Source: Takakia lepidozioides
Taxonomy: Eukaryota; Plantae; Bryophyta
Length of the DNA: 64,000 nt
Assembly (NCBI GenBank): GCA_030704615.1
Contig: CM060732.1
Span: 18,166,001 to 18,230,000, forward strand
Direction of reading: 5' to 3'
Part shown: one piece after another, positions 36,592 to 48,641 of the stretch
Layout: each line of letters starts with the position of its first letter
How positions within the stretch are numbered: the first letter of the stretch is position 1
Position numbers and translations under genes: made by a program
The notes under the pieces: model-generated
Database searches by the model: none
Seen by the model: the letters and a program-made list of their open reading frames with translations, nothing else
What the model was told of the DNA's origin: nothing

Positions 36592-39500
36592 TCAATGATT
36601 TCTGGAATCCCTAAGGAGGAGTTTGTGCAGCTCGTTCACGCTCAACGTCGGTGCATGAATAAAGTCATCAATAGTCACGTTCATCCTCAACCTCTTCAGG
36701 TAAATGTAATACAGATGCTTGCACGGATAATACTTCGAACCCTTCTTTGCTTCCATCAACGAGAAGTCCGTACAATTGCAAGTCGGCTCCACTCCAATCG
36801 TAATTGTGTATACATCGTCGCGTACAGCCGAGCCGGCCGTTGCCATCGATACACACGCCCAAGGCCGGGTGGGGGTACGTCCACGGAGCTCTGAATAGTG
36901 CAAGCCATCCCAAGAGCATTGGCAATCCGAGTCTCATTCAACTTGTTGGGAGGGTGTGTCGTCTCTTCACTCTTCCGAATCGCATTGTGGGATGTGCAGA
37001 ATTGTCCAATCCGTCTCTACTGGACCGAGCAGTCTGCAATGGCTGGATCTGAGGAACCGGAAATGCGTGGGTCGGGATGTCTGTGCGTTGCACCATTCGA
37101 CATCCTGCTGCAGATAGAGCATCCGCCTCATTCTGAGAGAGGCTTCAACCCGGTGCAACAGGCCAGACGCCGGAGGCTCCGGCATTCCCTGAATCCCGTA
37201 CTTGGGCTTGCAAATACACAGGTCATTATGTCGTGCCTACAGAACCAAAATGTCTGCGTTGTGGCGTGAGCAAATGTGGGAGTAAAAAATCTGCCGCTGA
37301 AACAAGGTGCAGATACAGCACCGTGTGGGTTCCTCCGAATCATCTCACCACATCGTGCTCTCGTATCCACCCGGATGGCGCAGCACTTCCCTCGAAATGC
37401 CGGCAATGTCCTCGCAATTCTCCATTGTGACTCCAACACTCTTGTCTCCACAATGGGAATGTTGTACTGCTTTACTACAATGGCTCGTTATGTTGCCGGG
37501 GCACGCGCCCTGTGCTCAAAGGAGATGACGATCTTGAACGTGCAGGACTTGCGGTGCTCGACGAGACCTCCTCGGGCAACATCACCAGACCACGAGGGAG
37601 CGTGCGAATATTCTGTCAGCTCGCCATGAATCCTCTTCTCGGCCAGGTGCCTCGTCAAGTCTTCGTCTCACTGGACGGGTATGAACATCTCCTTCCAAAT
37701 GTTGGCCTCTTCGCAGCAATGGCGTGTCCCAAAGGCCCTCTCGCAGGCCGCCGCCCACTTCCGAGGATTCTTCGATCTAGAGGCAGTCCGCATCAGCATT
37801 TTTCCTGCCTGTCCGGCCCCAAGCCCCACTGTTTCCCTTTCAAGAACTCGTTGTACCTGCATTGCTGCATAATTGACCTCACAATGTCCTCCGTTGTGGC
37901 AGTGAGGATGTCCACCAGATGCGCCGTAGAGGAGGCACGCCGGGAAGAATGCATTGATTTGGCCATGTTTGTCGTGGGCATGTCGGTGTCGGGTCGACAC
38001 ATTTCCTGCCACACAAGCACATGTTGAGGTTACAAGCAAGTTACAAATATGACCAAGAATATATTCACAACGGACCGAATTCATGCAACTCACCTCCCGC
38101 ATATAGTCGCCGAACTGGAGGAAATGATAATGCCACCATGCTAGCCAACTGACCAATTGCTCCTCGTCTGATTTCCTTACAGCACCTGACGATGTCCACC
38201 AGCCCGTATACATGCAAACTGTGTCTCTGCATCATCCAAGGTGGGAGCGCTTCCACGCAAGGCACATGGAACGGTTCTCCTCTCTGAAATCTGGCGCCAC
38301 GAGCCTGGTTGTGTACTGCGAAAGGCTCTGCAGAAAATGGAACCCACAAGATCTCTCATTGCCTTCCATGGGAACATTGGGGTCTTGCCCGTACACCCTT
38401 CGGATGGCAGCCCAATTTGCTTGTGCGTTGTCCGCCATGAAACCACGGAAATTGGGAGGGGCAATCCGCCTTGGCCATCTGTTCGTTTATTCCTGCCAAA
38501 GAAGCATCTCCGATTGTGTGTCCTCTCCTTTCATCTCACAATAGCAATTGTCATTAGCATCCTGCAGTGGGTGTCGTAGACATGTGCACCCATTGTCACC
38601 CACTGGTGATTTGTAATTCGCTTGATATGGTCGAACATGACCCAACTGTTTGACAAGTCCCTGGGCACTCGTCATCCTGTCGACCAGTTCGACGCCGCTG
38701 CTAGGTCCACACGTGGACATTTTGAATACGAAACAATGATCTGCCTCAGTCCCTTGTCCTGGAAACCTACTTCCTTGAATGTAGTCATATCCACATCGTC
38801 GCTTCACCTCCAGAATGGAGTGCATATCCGAGCCACGCCCAATTTTCTGTTTGCATGAGACAATGTGGTTTCGGACATTCGGTGAACATACGTGGGACAC
38901 GACTCCAGTAATGCCTCCATTTCCTTCTCATCGAGAGGAATTCTATCAGAGCCGTCTTCCGACATAATTCTGGCCAATGCCATCTTATGGGCGGCTTGGA
39001 GCTGTATCTGTTTGGGTTTGGCACCCGGTCTCAACTTAACCTCCTCCTTAACGAGCTGCTCTGCCTCATGGGCAGCCTCCCGCGAGTTCCCCCTCGCCAA
39101 TTTGTGACAATGGGAACCAACATGTATGCAAGCTTGGGTGAGGTCAGGGAAACGGTGCAACACATAGAACTGCTTGGCATTACAAACAGACATGCAGTGT
39201 GGTGGTGGTTCTTTGCAATGCGCACACTTAAATGTGGAGTTCGGAACCTTCTCCTGAGCTCGAAATGGTTGATGAGCTGTGCCTGTCCAATCGGGTCTCG
39301 TTCCTGTGACCTCTGGATTTAAAGTGGAAGCAAGTTGGGGAGAAACACCGCAACGCGCCGCACAAACAACGTAGCGCACCCGCACACCATCGAGCATCTT
39401 CATGCTGTGGTTTTGGTAACGCACCAAGGATGACCGTCATGTTTTCTATCCATATCTGTCAACATTCCGGACGCCCTCGAGTAGTCCGCCCGAGGAGGGA

Positions 39501-40116
39501 ACTCAAAGAAGATATTACCGTCGACGTCGGCGGGAAGGCATGTAACCGATTTAATTGCAAACTTGTTGTAGTCCAGCCCGGCCAGCTCCGACCGGTGTCC
39601 CTCCAGGTGAAGCCCTTGTAGAATTTCAAGAATAGATCGAACTGCGGTGCTCGTGCTGGGAATATGACTCCCTCCTCCACTAACGTCCATTGAGGACTTG
39701 CCTGATCTCCAGGACGACCTCGGAACTTCCATGACCTCATCTGAGTCGGACAGGTTGTGAACAACCCGGTTCTCGCTCGTCTTCATGGATGGGTTCGGCT
39801 CTGGATTTACTTCGTTGCGGACTTCTCTCTTTGAGGTAGCCACTCTCTGATTCGCGGATTGTTTCGTGGAAGACGCCAGGATAGAAGGTACATTTGGCGT
39901 GCAAATGAAGTCCCCAACAGCCCTGTATATGACGCTGTCCGATGGTGGAACTCGCCATTCCCTGCCATCGCCGAAATCATCGTGGAGCACAACAATACTC
40001 TCGACAACAAGGCCGTTTGAGTCCTTCCTTTCCTCCTCCAAAAAAACCGACCCCGGTTTCAGGTGGTATCGAACGCACAATATTTCTCCATCACCCGGCA
40101 GATGTCCCCTCTGCAC
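36592..40116 (-). pseudogene. Mutator-like (MULE) DDE transposase with C-terminal SWIM zinc finger, frameshifted
   Basis: CFVFKMST, VMFDH, GFMADNAQANWAAIRRVYG, CGFH (CxxH), WLAWWH, TNMAKSMH (expected catalytic E appears as K). SWIM TCNCTDF...CKHLYYIY in ORF 36592-36903. Confidence 0.75.
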
Positions 40117-40512
40117 GGAAATGAAGCTCTATGCTCGTGAGGAGGGCAGTACACTGTAGCGCTCGGGTTTTCCGCCATGGGAGATGTGCACACAGACTGC
40201 CAGGATGGCGGTGCGGGAAGCTCCCTGATAGAAGGGGGCAGCGATGGGAAGGAATGCGGTGCCGATTTGTCCGAGCGACGAAGCCTGATCCAAATCCAGG
40301 GAGCCAACTATCTCAAAAATCCACAGTCAGAGTGTTAATGAACCTTGTCTCCGGAATGCGGCCCCTGGGTCTTTGCGCAATAACTGCCAACGGTATGCAG
40401 TCAGAAAGTGGGGGGCCGTCCGGATGATGTCGGCTGAAGGGGAGAAGCCGGCACCGTGCCGTCACATTACTACCCCCGAATGGAAATTCGGCACCTAATA
40501 TCCAACATCCAA

Positions 40513-41075
40513 AGTCCCTAGACTGGCTGGCCCGGAACTGGAAATTCGGCGCCATTTTCCAGTTCTAGGCCCTATCCGTTCAGGGACTTAGCCATTTTCG
40601 GGCTAAGTCCCTAGACTGGCTGGCCCTGAACTGGAATTCGGCGCCATTTTCCAGTTCCAGGCCCTATTGCCGTTCAGGGACTTAGCCATTTTCGGGCTAA
40701 GTCCCTAGGGTGGCTGGCCCTGAAGTGGAAATTCGGCGCCATTTTCCAGTTCTAGGCCCTATTGCCGTTCAGGGACGTAGCCATTTTAGGTGGCTGGCCC
40801 TGAACTGGAAATTCGCCTTTTTCCAGTTCTAGGCCCTATTGCCGTTCAGGGACTTAGCCATTTTCGGGCTAAGTCCCTAGGTGGCTGGCCCTGAACTGGA
40901 AATTCGGCGCCATTTTTCCAGTTCTAGGCCCTATTGCGGTTCTGGGACTTAGCCATCTTCGGGCCAAACCGGGAAAAATGGCGCCGAATTTCCAGTTCAG
41001 GGCTCCCAAGATGGCTAAGTCCCTAGGGTGGCAGTCACCGAAAACCGAAATTCGGTGCCATTTTTCCATTTCTAG
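40513..41075. repeat. ~94-bp tandem array (~5 units plus an inverted partial unit) with internal hairpins
   Basis: Units begin GTCCCTAG at ~40513, 40607, 40701 and 40873. Stems GGACTTAGCC/GGCTAAGTCC and AACTGGAAA/TTTCCAGTT. Confidence 0.9.
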
Positions 41076-41156
41076 GCCCACTCACATCCGCCCCACCTGG
41101 GAAAATGGTGCTGAATATGCATTTCAGGGACCTCATTGTGTTTTTCATGAATGCAG

Positions 41157-42601
41157 GTACTGCAAGTTCTCCCTTTTGGAGAAATGTCATCTGTCTTTCG
41201 AGCCACCATTCTTCCTGGCATGGAGGAACCCTGGGGCTGACTCCATGTACACTGACGATATTGTGAAGGAGTGGCATCTGGAACATTTGCGTGATTGCCC
41301 TTGGTATGTGGACCTTCCGCCCGGCTCGCTCGACCCATCCGAGTTTCAATTGAAGCTGGATGCTGAATTCCGACGAAACCGGGCTCCGCTGCCTCCGTTG
41401 GGTGCAAAAGAGGCAAAAGCGCTTGCGAACTCCAGGAAAGCGGCAGAGCTTGCTCAGGCAGGAATTCAGGAGAAATTGCATGAGAAGAGTAAAGGCCAAA
41501 GGAAAAGGACAGGAAAACATGAGTGCAGTAACACCCAAAAGAAGAAACCATCGGGGCATCGGAGGAGGCGCAGGAGGGGACCCAAGAGAGTGACTCGGGC
41601 GACGACTTTGTTCAAGGTCCTGCGACTGCTGTTGCTCCTACCCAATCACCGGTCGTTCGGGTTCCCAAGTCAGTTCGGTGGGACTGGCTCTGCCAAGAAG
41701 TTGGCATTGAGGACGAGCCTACACGGCGGTATTTGGCAGTGACGTTTACGCACAGCCAAAGCTAGAACCTCCAACCATCATCCAATGCGTCAATGAGAGC
41801 TTCCTTGACGCTCTCGCTGCCAGGTGAAGAAGGTGGCACACAACAAGTCTCTGGCGGAGCAGAAGGGGAAAGCCAAGAAGAGGGCTGGCGGTACAGAGCC
41901 TAAAGACACCCCTGGTTTTGAAGCCATGATGGAATTCTTCACGGCTGCACGGATTGCAAGAGCACTCGGGGGGGGGGGGGAGAGAGAGCTTGCGACATGA
42001 TTCTCATCGACATTCCAGATGGGGACTGCTGGAGGGCCTGGATGGTGTGCCCACCTGGAACAGGTTTACCGAGGACTACTGGAAAGCCGGGTTTGGGCTG
42101 GCGGGGATGCTTCTGGATGACGGTGGATGTGTGGTTGGGAAGACCACAGAGAATGCGGTGGCAAGGTGGACACCGAAAAGTGTCACCCCGGTCCTCCTCA
42201 GAAAATGGTTCTGCATCAGTACACAGGGGTTGCGAACAGAGGGCCAAAGTGTAAGTTATCAATCTATTGCATTCACTTCATTGTGGTGTATGTTAAGTAG
42301 ACCCTGGAGTTGATCCCTTCTTTGTTGGATGTGCAGACATTGGTGTTTGAGGCATATTGCTTTGTGAAGAGAGGGTCTACGTTCAAATTCCGCAACGACG
42401 GTCGTCTTGTTGATGTCGCTGTGGACCCTGTAACCTACGATGTCATCTACAACTATGTGCCCCACTCCAGTATGCCGAAGGACACAAAGACAGGCAAACC
42501 GTGGCGGTACAGCCGGACCCGGAGCCCTGCTTTCATCCAAACCCTCATGGAGACGTGCTCGGATGTCCAAGGGCGGATTCTGGACCTCACATGCGGCACG
42601 G
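41157..42601 (+). pseudogene. Beta-class N4C/N6A DNA methyltransferase-like gene 2, divergent from the MULE transposase and interrupted by the Gypsy element
   Basis: DMILIDIPDG...VPTWNRFTEDYWKAGFGLAGMLLDDGGCVV; intron ~42251-42336; RSPAFIQTLMETCSDVQGRILDLTCGTG then a GTAAG donor at 42602. Clearly homologous to gene 1. Confidence 0.72.
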
Positions 42602-42656
42602 GTAAGCCTTCACGTGCTCAGTTTGTACCCTGGCCCGATTGCAATTGCATGCCGCA

Positions 42657-43343
42657 TGTCGTGCGCATACATATCGCTACACAACTACATCGCTGTCCAA
42701 AACCACACAACACATGTGCACACCACACACTAGTATACCACTAGTCCACCACTAGTCCAGCCACTAGTCCACCACTAGGCTACAACTAGTCAGTCACTAG
42801 GCTGCCACTATGCTGCCCACTATGGCAGTCACTAGTCCACACAATGATAAAGAAGAAGAATACAAGCACGAGCTCACAAAGCTGAAGCATAAACTCATGC
42901 ATATATAACCTCATCACTCAAATACAAGTCAAGCCAAGTGCACCCCACGCCATGGGGAATCCACACTACGGCGCCATAGCTAGGCGCGGTGAGGCTCAAC
43001 TCGAGAAAGATGAGCCTCCCGCGCTTGCCGTGAAGATAACCACTCCAGGGCCTAAATCTGCCTTGACCCCTGGATTGACACTTGGGCCAATCCCAAATGT
43101 CAATATGTAAAAGCTAGCTATTTCCTTCCTAGCTAGTTTCACACTAGTGGTAAAATAACTTGACAGCTGTCGTGCGCATACATATCGCTACACACTACAT
43201 ATCGCTGTCCAAAACCACACAACACATGTGCACACCACACACTAGTATACCACTAGTCCACCACTAGTCCAACCACTAGGCTACACTAGTCAGTCACTAG
43301 GCTGCCACTATGCTGCCCACTATGGCAGTCACTAGTCCACACA
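42657..43343 (-). repeat. 3' LTR region of the Gypsy element: two ~180-bp TG...CA direct repeats (42657-42843, 43168-43343) separated by 324 bp
   Basis: Both start TGTCGTGCGCATAC and end CTAGTCCACACA. A PPT-like tract (minus strand AGGGGGGCGAT) abuts 43343. Confidence 0.75.
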
Positions 43344-43603
43344 ATCGCCCCCCTAGCTGGTGCTTAGGTCCCTCTAAGTCCAGGTAGCCACAAGATGTGA
43401 TAGTGACCATAGCCTCACTAAGTCCTCCACCACTATCCCTACTACACTCAAACTCGATAGATCAAGAGGCCGGGTGCAAGAGTTGCCCCATCGTTAGTCG
43501 CCGTCTTGCAACCTGTGAACTTGAGCTTGGGATCTCATGTATTGACTCCTATGAGCTTGGCCTCCCATGTCTTGTTAGCTGCCTCCAGTCATGTCCACTG
43601 CCA

Positions 43604-43747
43604 CTATCCCAAGCAGTGTGGACACAACCAATCTCCGTCAGGAACCTTCTCAAGAGGTGGTGTCAAGCATCCCATATGCCAACCCCTTGAGCATCGATCA
43701 CACAGCATGGTGGCTGCCCCTTTGGCAGACCCACAGAGCATGCACCT
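43604..43747 (-). CDS. PHD finger at the integrase C-terminus
   Basis: CMLC...MLCDRCSRGWHMGCLTPPLEKVPDGDWLCPHC, a canonical C4HC3 with Trp before the last CxxC. Confidence 0.93.
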   Translation of the reverse strand, partial: RCMLCGSAKGAATMLCDRCSRGWHMGCLTPPLEKVPDGDWLCPHCLG

Positions 43748-45000
43748 CAAACCTGCAGGTACCACTGCCAAGTTTGGGTCAACTCTGCCATCGACATTGG
43801 GAAGGTGACATGGCGCACAATTACGCACATGGTCCTTCCAAGTCATGCCATCCCGACCCTCCAAGATCAGGACCCCTGAGGGCAACACCTCTCGAACCCT
43901 CAGAATAACACGCCCTGCAGTAACATCCAGAGTCGTAGGAGCAGTCTGCTGCAAATAAACATAGTCACCAGGGCTAAACCTCCGAACCCCAGGACGATAT
44001 CCTCCACCACGTATAGTGGCATACCTCAACGTATCACGGTGCTGTGTGCAATGGCAAGGTTCTCAAAAGCCATGGGCATGACTTTCTTGAACAACTCTGC
44101 ACGCTGATCACATGCACGTACCCACACGTCCGGATCGTCAAGGTTAAGGACTTGAGCAGTGTCCCTACGAATGGCTGCAGGCAAATCCGGCTCTCGGCCA
44201 AAGAGAAGGAAATATGGTGAGAAGGAGGCAAGTGATGCTTGTTTGCTGAACCTGTAGCCCATGGCTAACCAAGGAACCTGAAGATCCCAATCTCCTAGGT
44301 GTCCCTTCTGCAAGCCATACTTGCGCAAACCCCTCTTCACCGTCTGAACAACTCTCTCTGCTAAGCCATCGGCCTCAGGATGATCCCGAGAAGTGGTGCG
44401 GTGGTCTATCAAGGCTTTATCACACAAAGCCTGAAACTCCCCCAAGAACTCTCTCTCTCCCTTGGTCCGTGAGTACCTCAGCTGGAGCACCAAATCGGCT
44501 AAGCACACGATCCAAGAATGCATACGCAGCCCCCTCACTAGCCTTGTCAGGCAATGGAACCAACTCAATCCACTTGGAGAAGTGCTCCACCATCACCAAC
44601 ACATATCTGTGGTGGCGCATAGTCAGTGGCAACGGTCCTGCGAAGTCAAGACTCCACCTGTAGCCCAATCCCATGATTGGTAAAGGATGCAACTGTGGTG
44701 TAGGGGCGTTGAATGAAGCACGCACCCTGTCACACACCATGCACCTAGCCACGAACTGTTGCACCTCTGTATGCATACCACGCCACCAATACTGCCCCTG
44801 CAGTAAACTGTGAGTGCGTCGCACTCCAAAATGCCCCAACTCCTCATGGGCATGCCGCACTAACCGTGCACGCTGTGTGGGGTGAGGCACAATCCTCACC
44901 CGACCATCCTCCCACACTCGAAGTAGGTGTATCCCCTCCCACTTGAACCTCTTGGCTCGTTGCAGGATCCGATCCCTCTCCCTGGCAGTCACAATGGCTG
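43748..45000 (-). CDS. Integrase (HHCC zinc-binding + DDE core), frameshifted
   Basis: HEELGHFG...CMVC; WSLDFAGP; LTDQG; ADGLAERVVQTVK. Confidence 0.93.
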
Positions 45001-45224
45001 CCGTGTCTCCCGTGCGGAGGTAGTCCAACACAGCCGAATCCTCATGTATATCTCTGGCACCACCTAGCTCATCACTAGCCTCAGGGTCCTCAGACACTCC
45101 GTCTACAGTCATCCCTGTTGTAGGTCCAATCTGACCTCCCGATGCCAAGATACACAAAAATGCAGATGCGTGCCATCCCGGCACCATCTCCTCGTCCGTC
45201 TCACCATGCCACCGAGCTCCAGTG

Positions 45225-45542
45225 TCATCCTGCTGGCTCCTGCTTGTCTGACTCCATCAACCACTTGAGTGGCTGGTGATCCGTGACAAGGGTGAAAAGA
45301 TTGCCGTATAGATAGCACCTGAAGTGTGCCACGGCCCACACTGCAGCTAAGCACTCTCCCTCATATGAGCTGTACTTAGCCTCTGCAGCGTTGTTCGAGC
45401 GGCTAGCGTAAGCCACTACGAACTCTCTTCCCTCATCATCCACCTGTGTGAGCACCGCTCCAAGCCCCAGCATGCTCCAATCCGTATGCAGCTGAAAGGG
45501 ACGCCCCCTGATAGGTCGTCTCAAGATAGGCGCCGAGGTCAA
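45225..45542 (-). CDS. RNase H (C-terminal part apparently deleted)
   Basis: FQLHTDWS..GLGAVL; VVAYASR; YSSYEGECLA; TDHQPLKWL. The usual RW..L.EY...NAD.LSR tail is missing. Confidence 0.9.
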   Translation of the reverse strand: MTSAPILRRPIRGRPFQLHTDWSMLGLGAVLTQVDDEGREFVVAYASRSNNAAEAKYSSYEGECLAAVWAVAHFRCYLYGNLFTLVTDHQPLKWLMESDKQEPAG

Positions 45543-45576
45543 CCTCGCCTTGAGCTCTTGAAAAGCTCGTTCCTGC

Positions 45577-46463
45577 TCATCTTCCCACTGCCACTGGGTC
45601 CACCTTGGTCAGCTTGGTTAGAGCCTTTGCAATGGTACTAAATCCCTTGACAAACCGTCTATAATAGTTTGCCAACCCCATGAAAGCTCGAACTCGGCTC
45701 ACATCCGTGGGGCGTGGAATTTGTGCAATGGCCTCTACCTTAGTCTGCTGTACCCCCAATCCTCCAGGATATATCATGTGACCCAGATACTCAATCTGGT
45801 TGTGGAAAAACTTGCACTTCCCCGGATGCAACTTCAATCCGTGCGCTCTCAAGCGCTCCAATACCACCTGAAGGTGTCTCTCATGCTCCTCCATCGTAAC
45901 ACTAAAGATGATGATGTCATCTATGTAGCACCGAGCAAAGTCCACCCCTGCTAGAATCCTATCCATGACTCTCTGAAACTCTGCAGGAGCATTCTTAAGC
46001 CCAAATGGTAAGAACCGCCACTGATATAGGCAATCCTTGCCGTGCTCATTGATCCCCCAATGCCGTCTTCTGCTTGTCCGCCTCCTTGATTGGCAACTGG
46101 TGATATCCGGATCGTAAATCCAAAGTGCTAAAGGCCTTAGCATGCCCGATGGCATCAAAGATCTCCTCTGGTGTTGGCATGGCATACTTATCGGACTTGG
46201 TCTGACGATTTACAGGCCGGTAATCACCGCACATACGTCTCTCCGTCCAATTGCCATAGACATCCTTCTTGGCTGGCATCACTGTGGCTGAAGCATACTC
46301 TCCACCAGAGAGCTCCACCAAACCTGCCTCCCAGAGATCTTGAGTCCTCATCTGAATCAAACCTCTCCATGTCACTGTATCTATAGGGTCTCCGAAAGAT
46401 TGGCGTGTCAGTGGCCAACTCAATACGGATCTCTTGACCCTTCAGTGCTCCCAAGTCCTTCAA
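45577..46463 (-). CDS. Reverse transcriptase (Ty3/Gypsy), frameshifted
   Basis: RMCGDYRPVN, FSTLDLRSGYHQ, LPFGLKNAPAEFQR, YIDDIIIFS, YLGH. Confidence 0.95.
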
Positions 46464-46929
46464 ACTGAAGGCAAAGCAATTCCTGTAAGCCCTCAGGAAC
46501 CGCCGTATACGTCGTCTCTCTCCTCCGGTGACAATGGGTCCAATGTCAGGCTCCCAATTGTCCTCCGTAACTGCAACCTTAAGTCCAGTGGGCTTAGAGG
46601 TAGAGGACGCGTCCAGTGGTTGCTATGTTGCAACCTCTTGAGCAGTACTCCCTGCCTGCTCAGTCAATGACAAGGCCTCATCCTGCCCCATCATCTCATC
46701 CTTGAGGACCTCCTCAACCCGAGAAGAATCCCCAACCTCATCCATCACAGCCGCCTTGGCTGCCAACTCCCTCTGAACCTCGAGCACCTCCCACGTGTGC
46801 CATGGATGCATGCACCCCGTGGTCCTCACATGCTCGCCCCCACTCACTGCCTGTACCGTCTCGGTAGGCAGAGAGACCATTGAGGGAAGTGTACTCCGCA
46901 CTCTGCGTTGCTCAGCCAGAGCCAAGCTG

Positions 46930-47880
46930 ATAATCCAGGTCAAGCAATTGAGATCCATTGCTTGCCCCAACACTTGACGACGTGATGCCTCAGAAAGAGA
47001 CGACACCGCCGTGGTACCAGTGGTAAAACCCATTGCCCGCTCACGCTCGTCAGCATTAGGCTCCACTAACTGCTGCAACTGAGCATCCCACAGGAGGCCA
47101 GGTCCACTATCCCGGAAAGCATGCGATCCTGGGAAGCTGAGCAGTGTAGGTAATGCTGCTCGTGGTTGACCCACCTTGTGACCACTGCCAAAGGCGAACG
47201 GTCATCGTGTCTCACACGCTGAGACTGCCTCCCTGTGTCCAGAATGTTATCCACTGTGAGATGTGCTGGCCGCTGCACCCCATCAAATGCGCTTGAGCAG
47301 TGCGGGTGGCATCAAGTTAGTCCACCATAGCCGTGGACGATGAGCCCGTGACCCCACTGTAGCTGCATCTAGCAACACTGCTGACCCAAGCCACGACCGG
47401 ACTTGATGCACACTGGCCATCACCCTGGCCCGAGAATCGCCCATCAGTGGCACATTCTCCAAGATGTATGCTGGAGATAGCTTGATGAAGCTGCAAGTGG
47501 CGCAAAACCCGCACCATCTCCCAAAACAGACCCGACCTCGAGTCTCGCAATCCATTGCCATGCCCGGCTGATGAATGCCCTTGGCAGGGCCAACCTGCCA
47601 CTACCAGATCAATGGAGCCAACCCGCTCCAAATCCTGCGCCCCCCAGCAACGAAATGTCTGCTGGCAAGGCCTGCTGATATCCACGAATTGCAGACACCG
47701 ACAACAACTCAGGTACCGCTGCACCAACTGAGCAACATGGCGAAGTGAAACGCGTCGTGCAGTCTCATCCCTCTCCACATACAGGTAACGCCGAACTCGT
47801 ACACCTGCCTGTAACACAGCAGCCAATCCGGTGCTGATCCCGCCAAACAAGTCCAGAAGACAAATGCCTTCATCCGGATA
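46930..47880 (-). CDS. C5-cytosine DNA methyltransferase (DNMT3-like) domain within pol
   Basis: Motif I LLDLFGGISTG; II YVERD; IV IDLVVAGWPCQG (~47581); VI YILENV (~47451); VIII AHRPRLWWTN; IX EPNADERERAMGF; X RRQVLGQAMD. All in canonical order across 1-bp frameshifts. Confidence 0.92.
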
Positions 47881-48084
47881 CTGCCACACATAGGTGTGGT
47901 GTCCAATGGAGACAATTGAGGTGGTCCTGGTGCAATCCCCACACTCTCCTCCTCTCCTGACGGTACAAAAGCCTCCACCCAGGCTTGTTGCACCCGTCGA
48001 TCAGCATCCCGCTGCAAATCCTTGCTCGTGCCCCACAATGGAGTCTGAGCAACCATGGTAGGCAACTCCGCCATACCATACATG

Positions 48085-48641
48085 TCATCCTGCTCTCCCG
48101 GGAGGTGGTACATCCTCTGAATGAGCATTGCCCTCAAGCAACTCTCTAGGCCAACTCACTGCCGCTGTGAATGCTGCTAGTGTCGGCATCTTGCCTCGCT
48201 GGGCAACCGCAACTCCTCCTATGAACGTCACAGGGAGCTGCACACGCCGGCCCTCCCCTGACTGCCATGCAGGCCTATAGGAAGCTGACTCCTCCCAAAA
48301 ATCCAGGGTGAAGCCCATGGGGTACAACACTGCCCCACCAACCAGGACATCGTATGAGACCGCGTCTGTCACAATGGCCTTGGCTCGCATCACTGAGCCA
48401 TCTGTAGGGTGATCCGGCCGTAGTCTGATAGCCAACTCACGCCGTGTCATGCCCCGAGCCTGCTCCGATCCTCCCAGAGACGTCTGTATCTGGAAAGGAC
48501 AAGGCTCCATATCCGCCTCCGTGAGGCCCAAGCCTGCAATAGCAGCTCTGCCCCAGCATCAATGGCTGAGCTCCCGAGTCCAACAAGACCCGCAGTGGCC
48601 GGTACCTCTTGCCTGCCGGTCCACTCAAACAGAAAATGCAT
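48085..48641 (-). CDS. Aspartic protease
   Basis: RVLLDSGAQPLM ... YDVLVGGAVL. Confidence 0.85.

Noticed and set aside
40513-41075. CRISPR-like array
   Set aside because: Whole units repeat with no unique spacers, there are no cas genes, and the context is eukaryotic.
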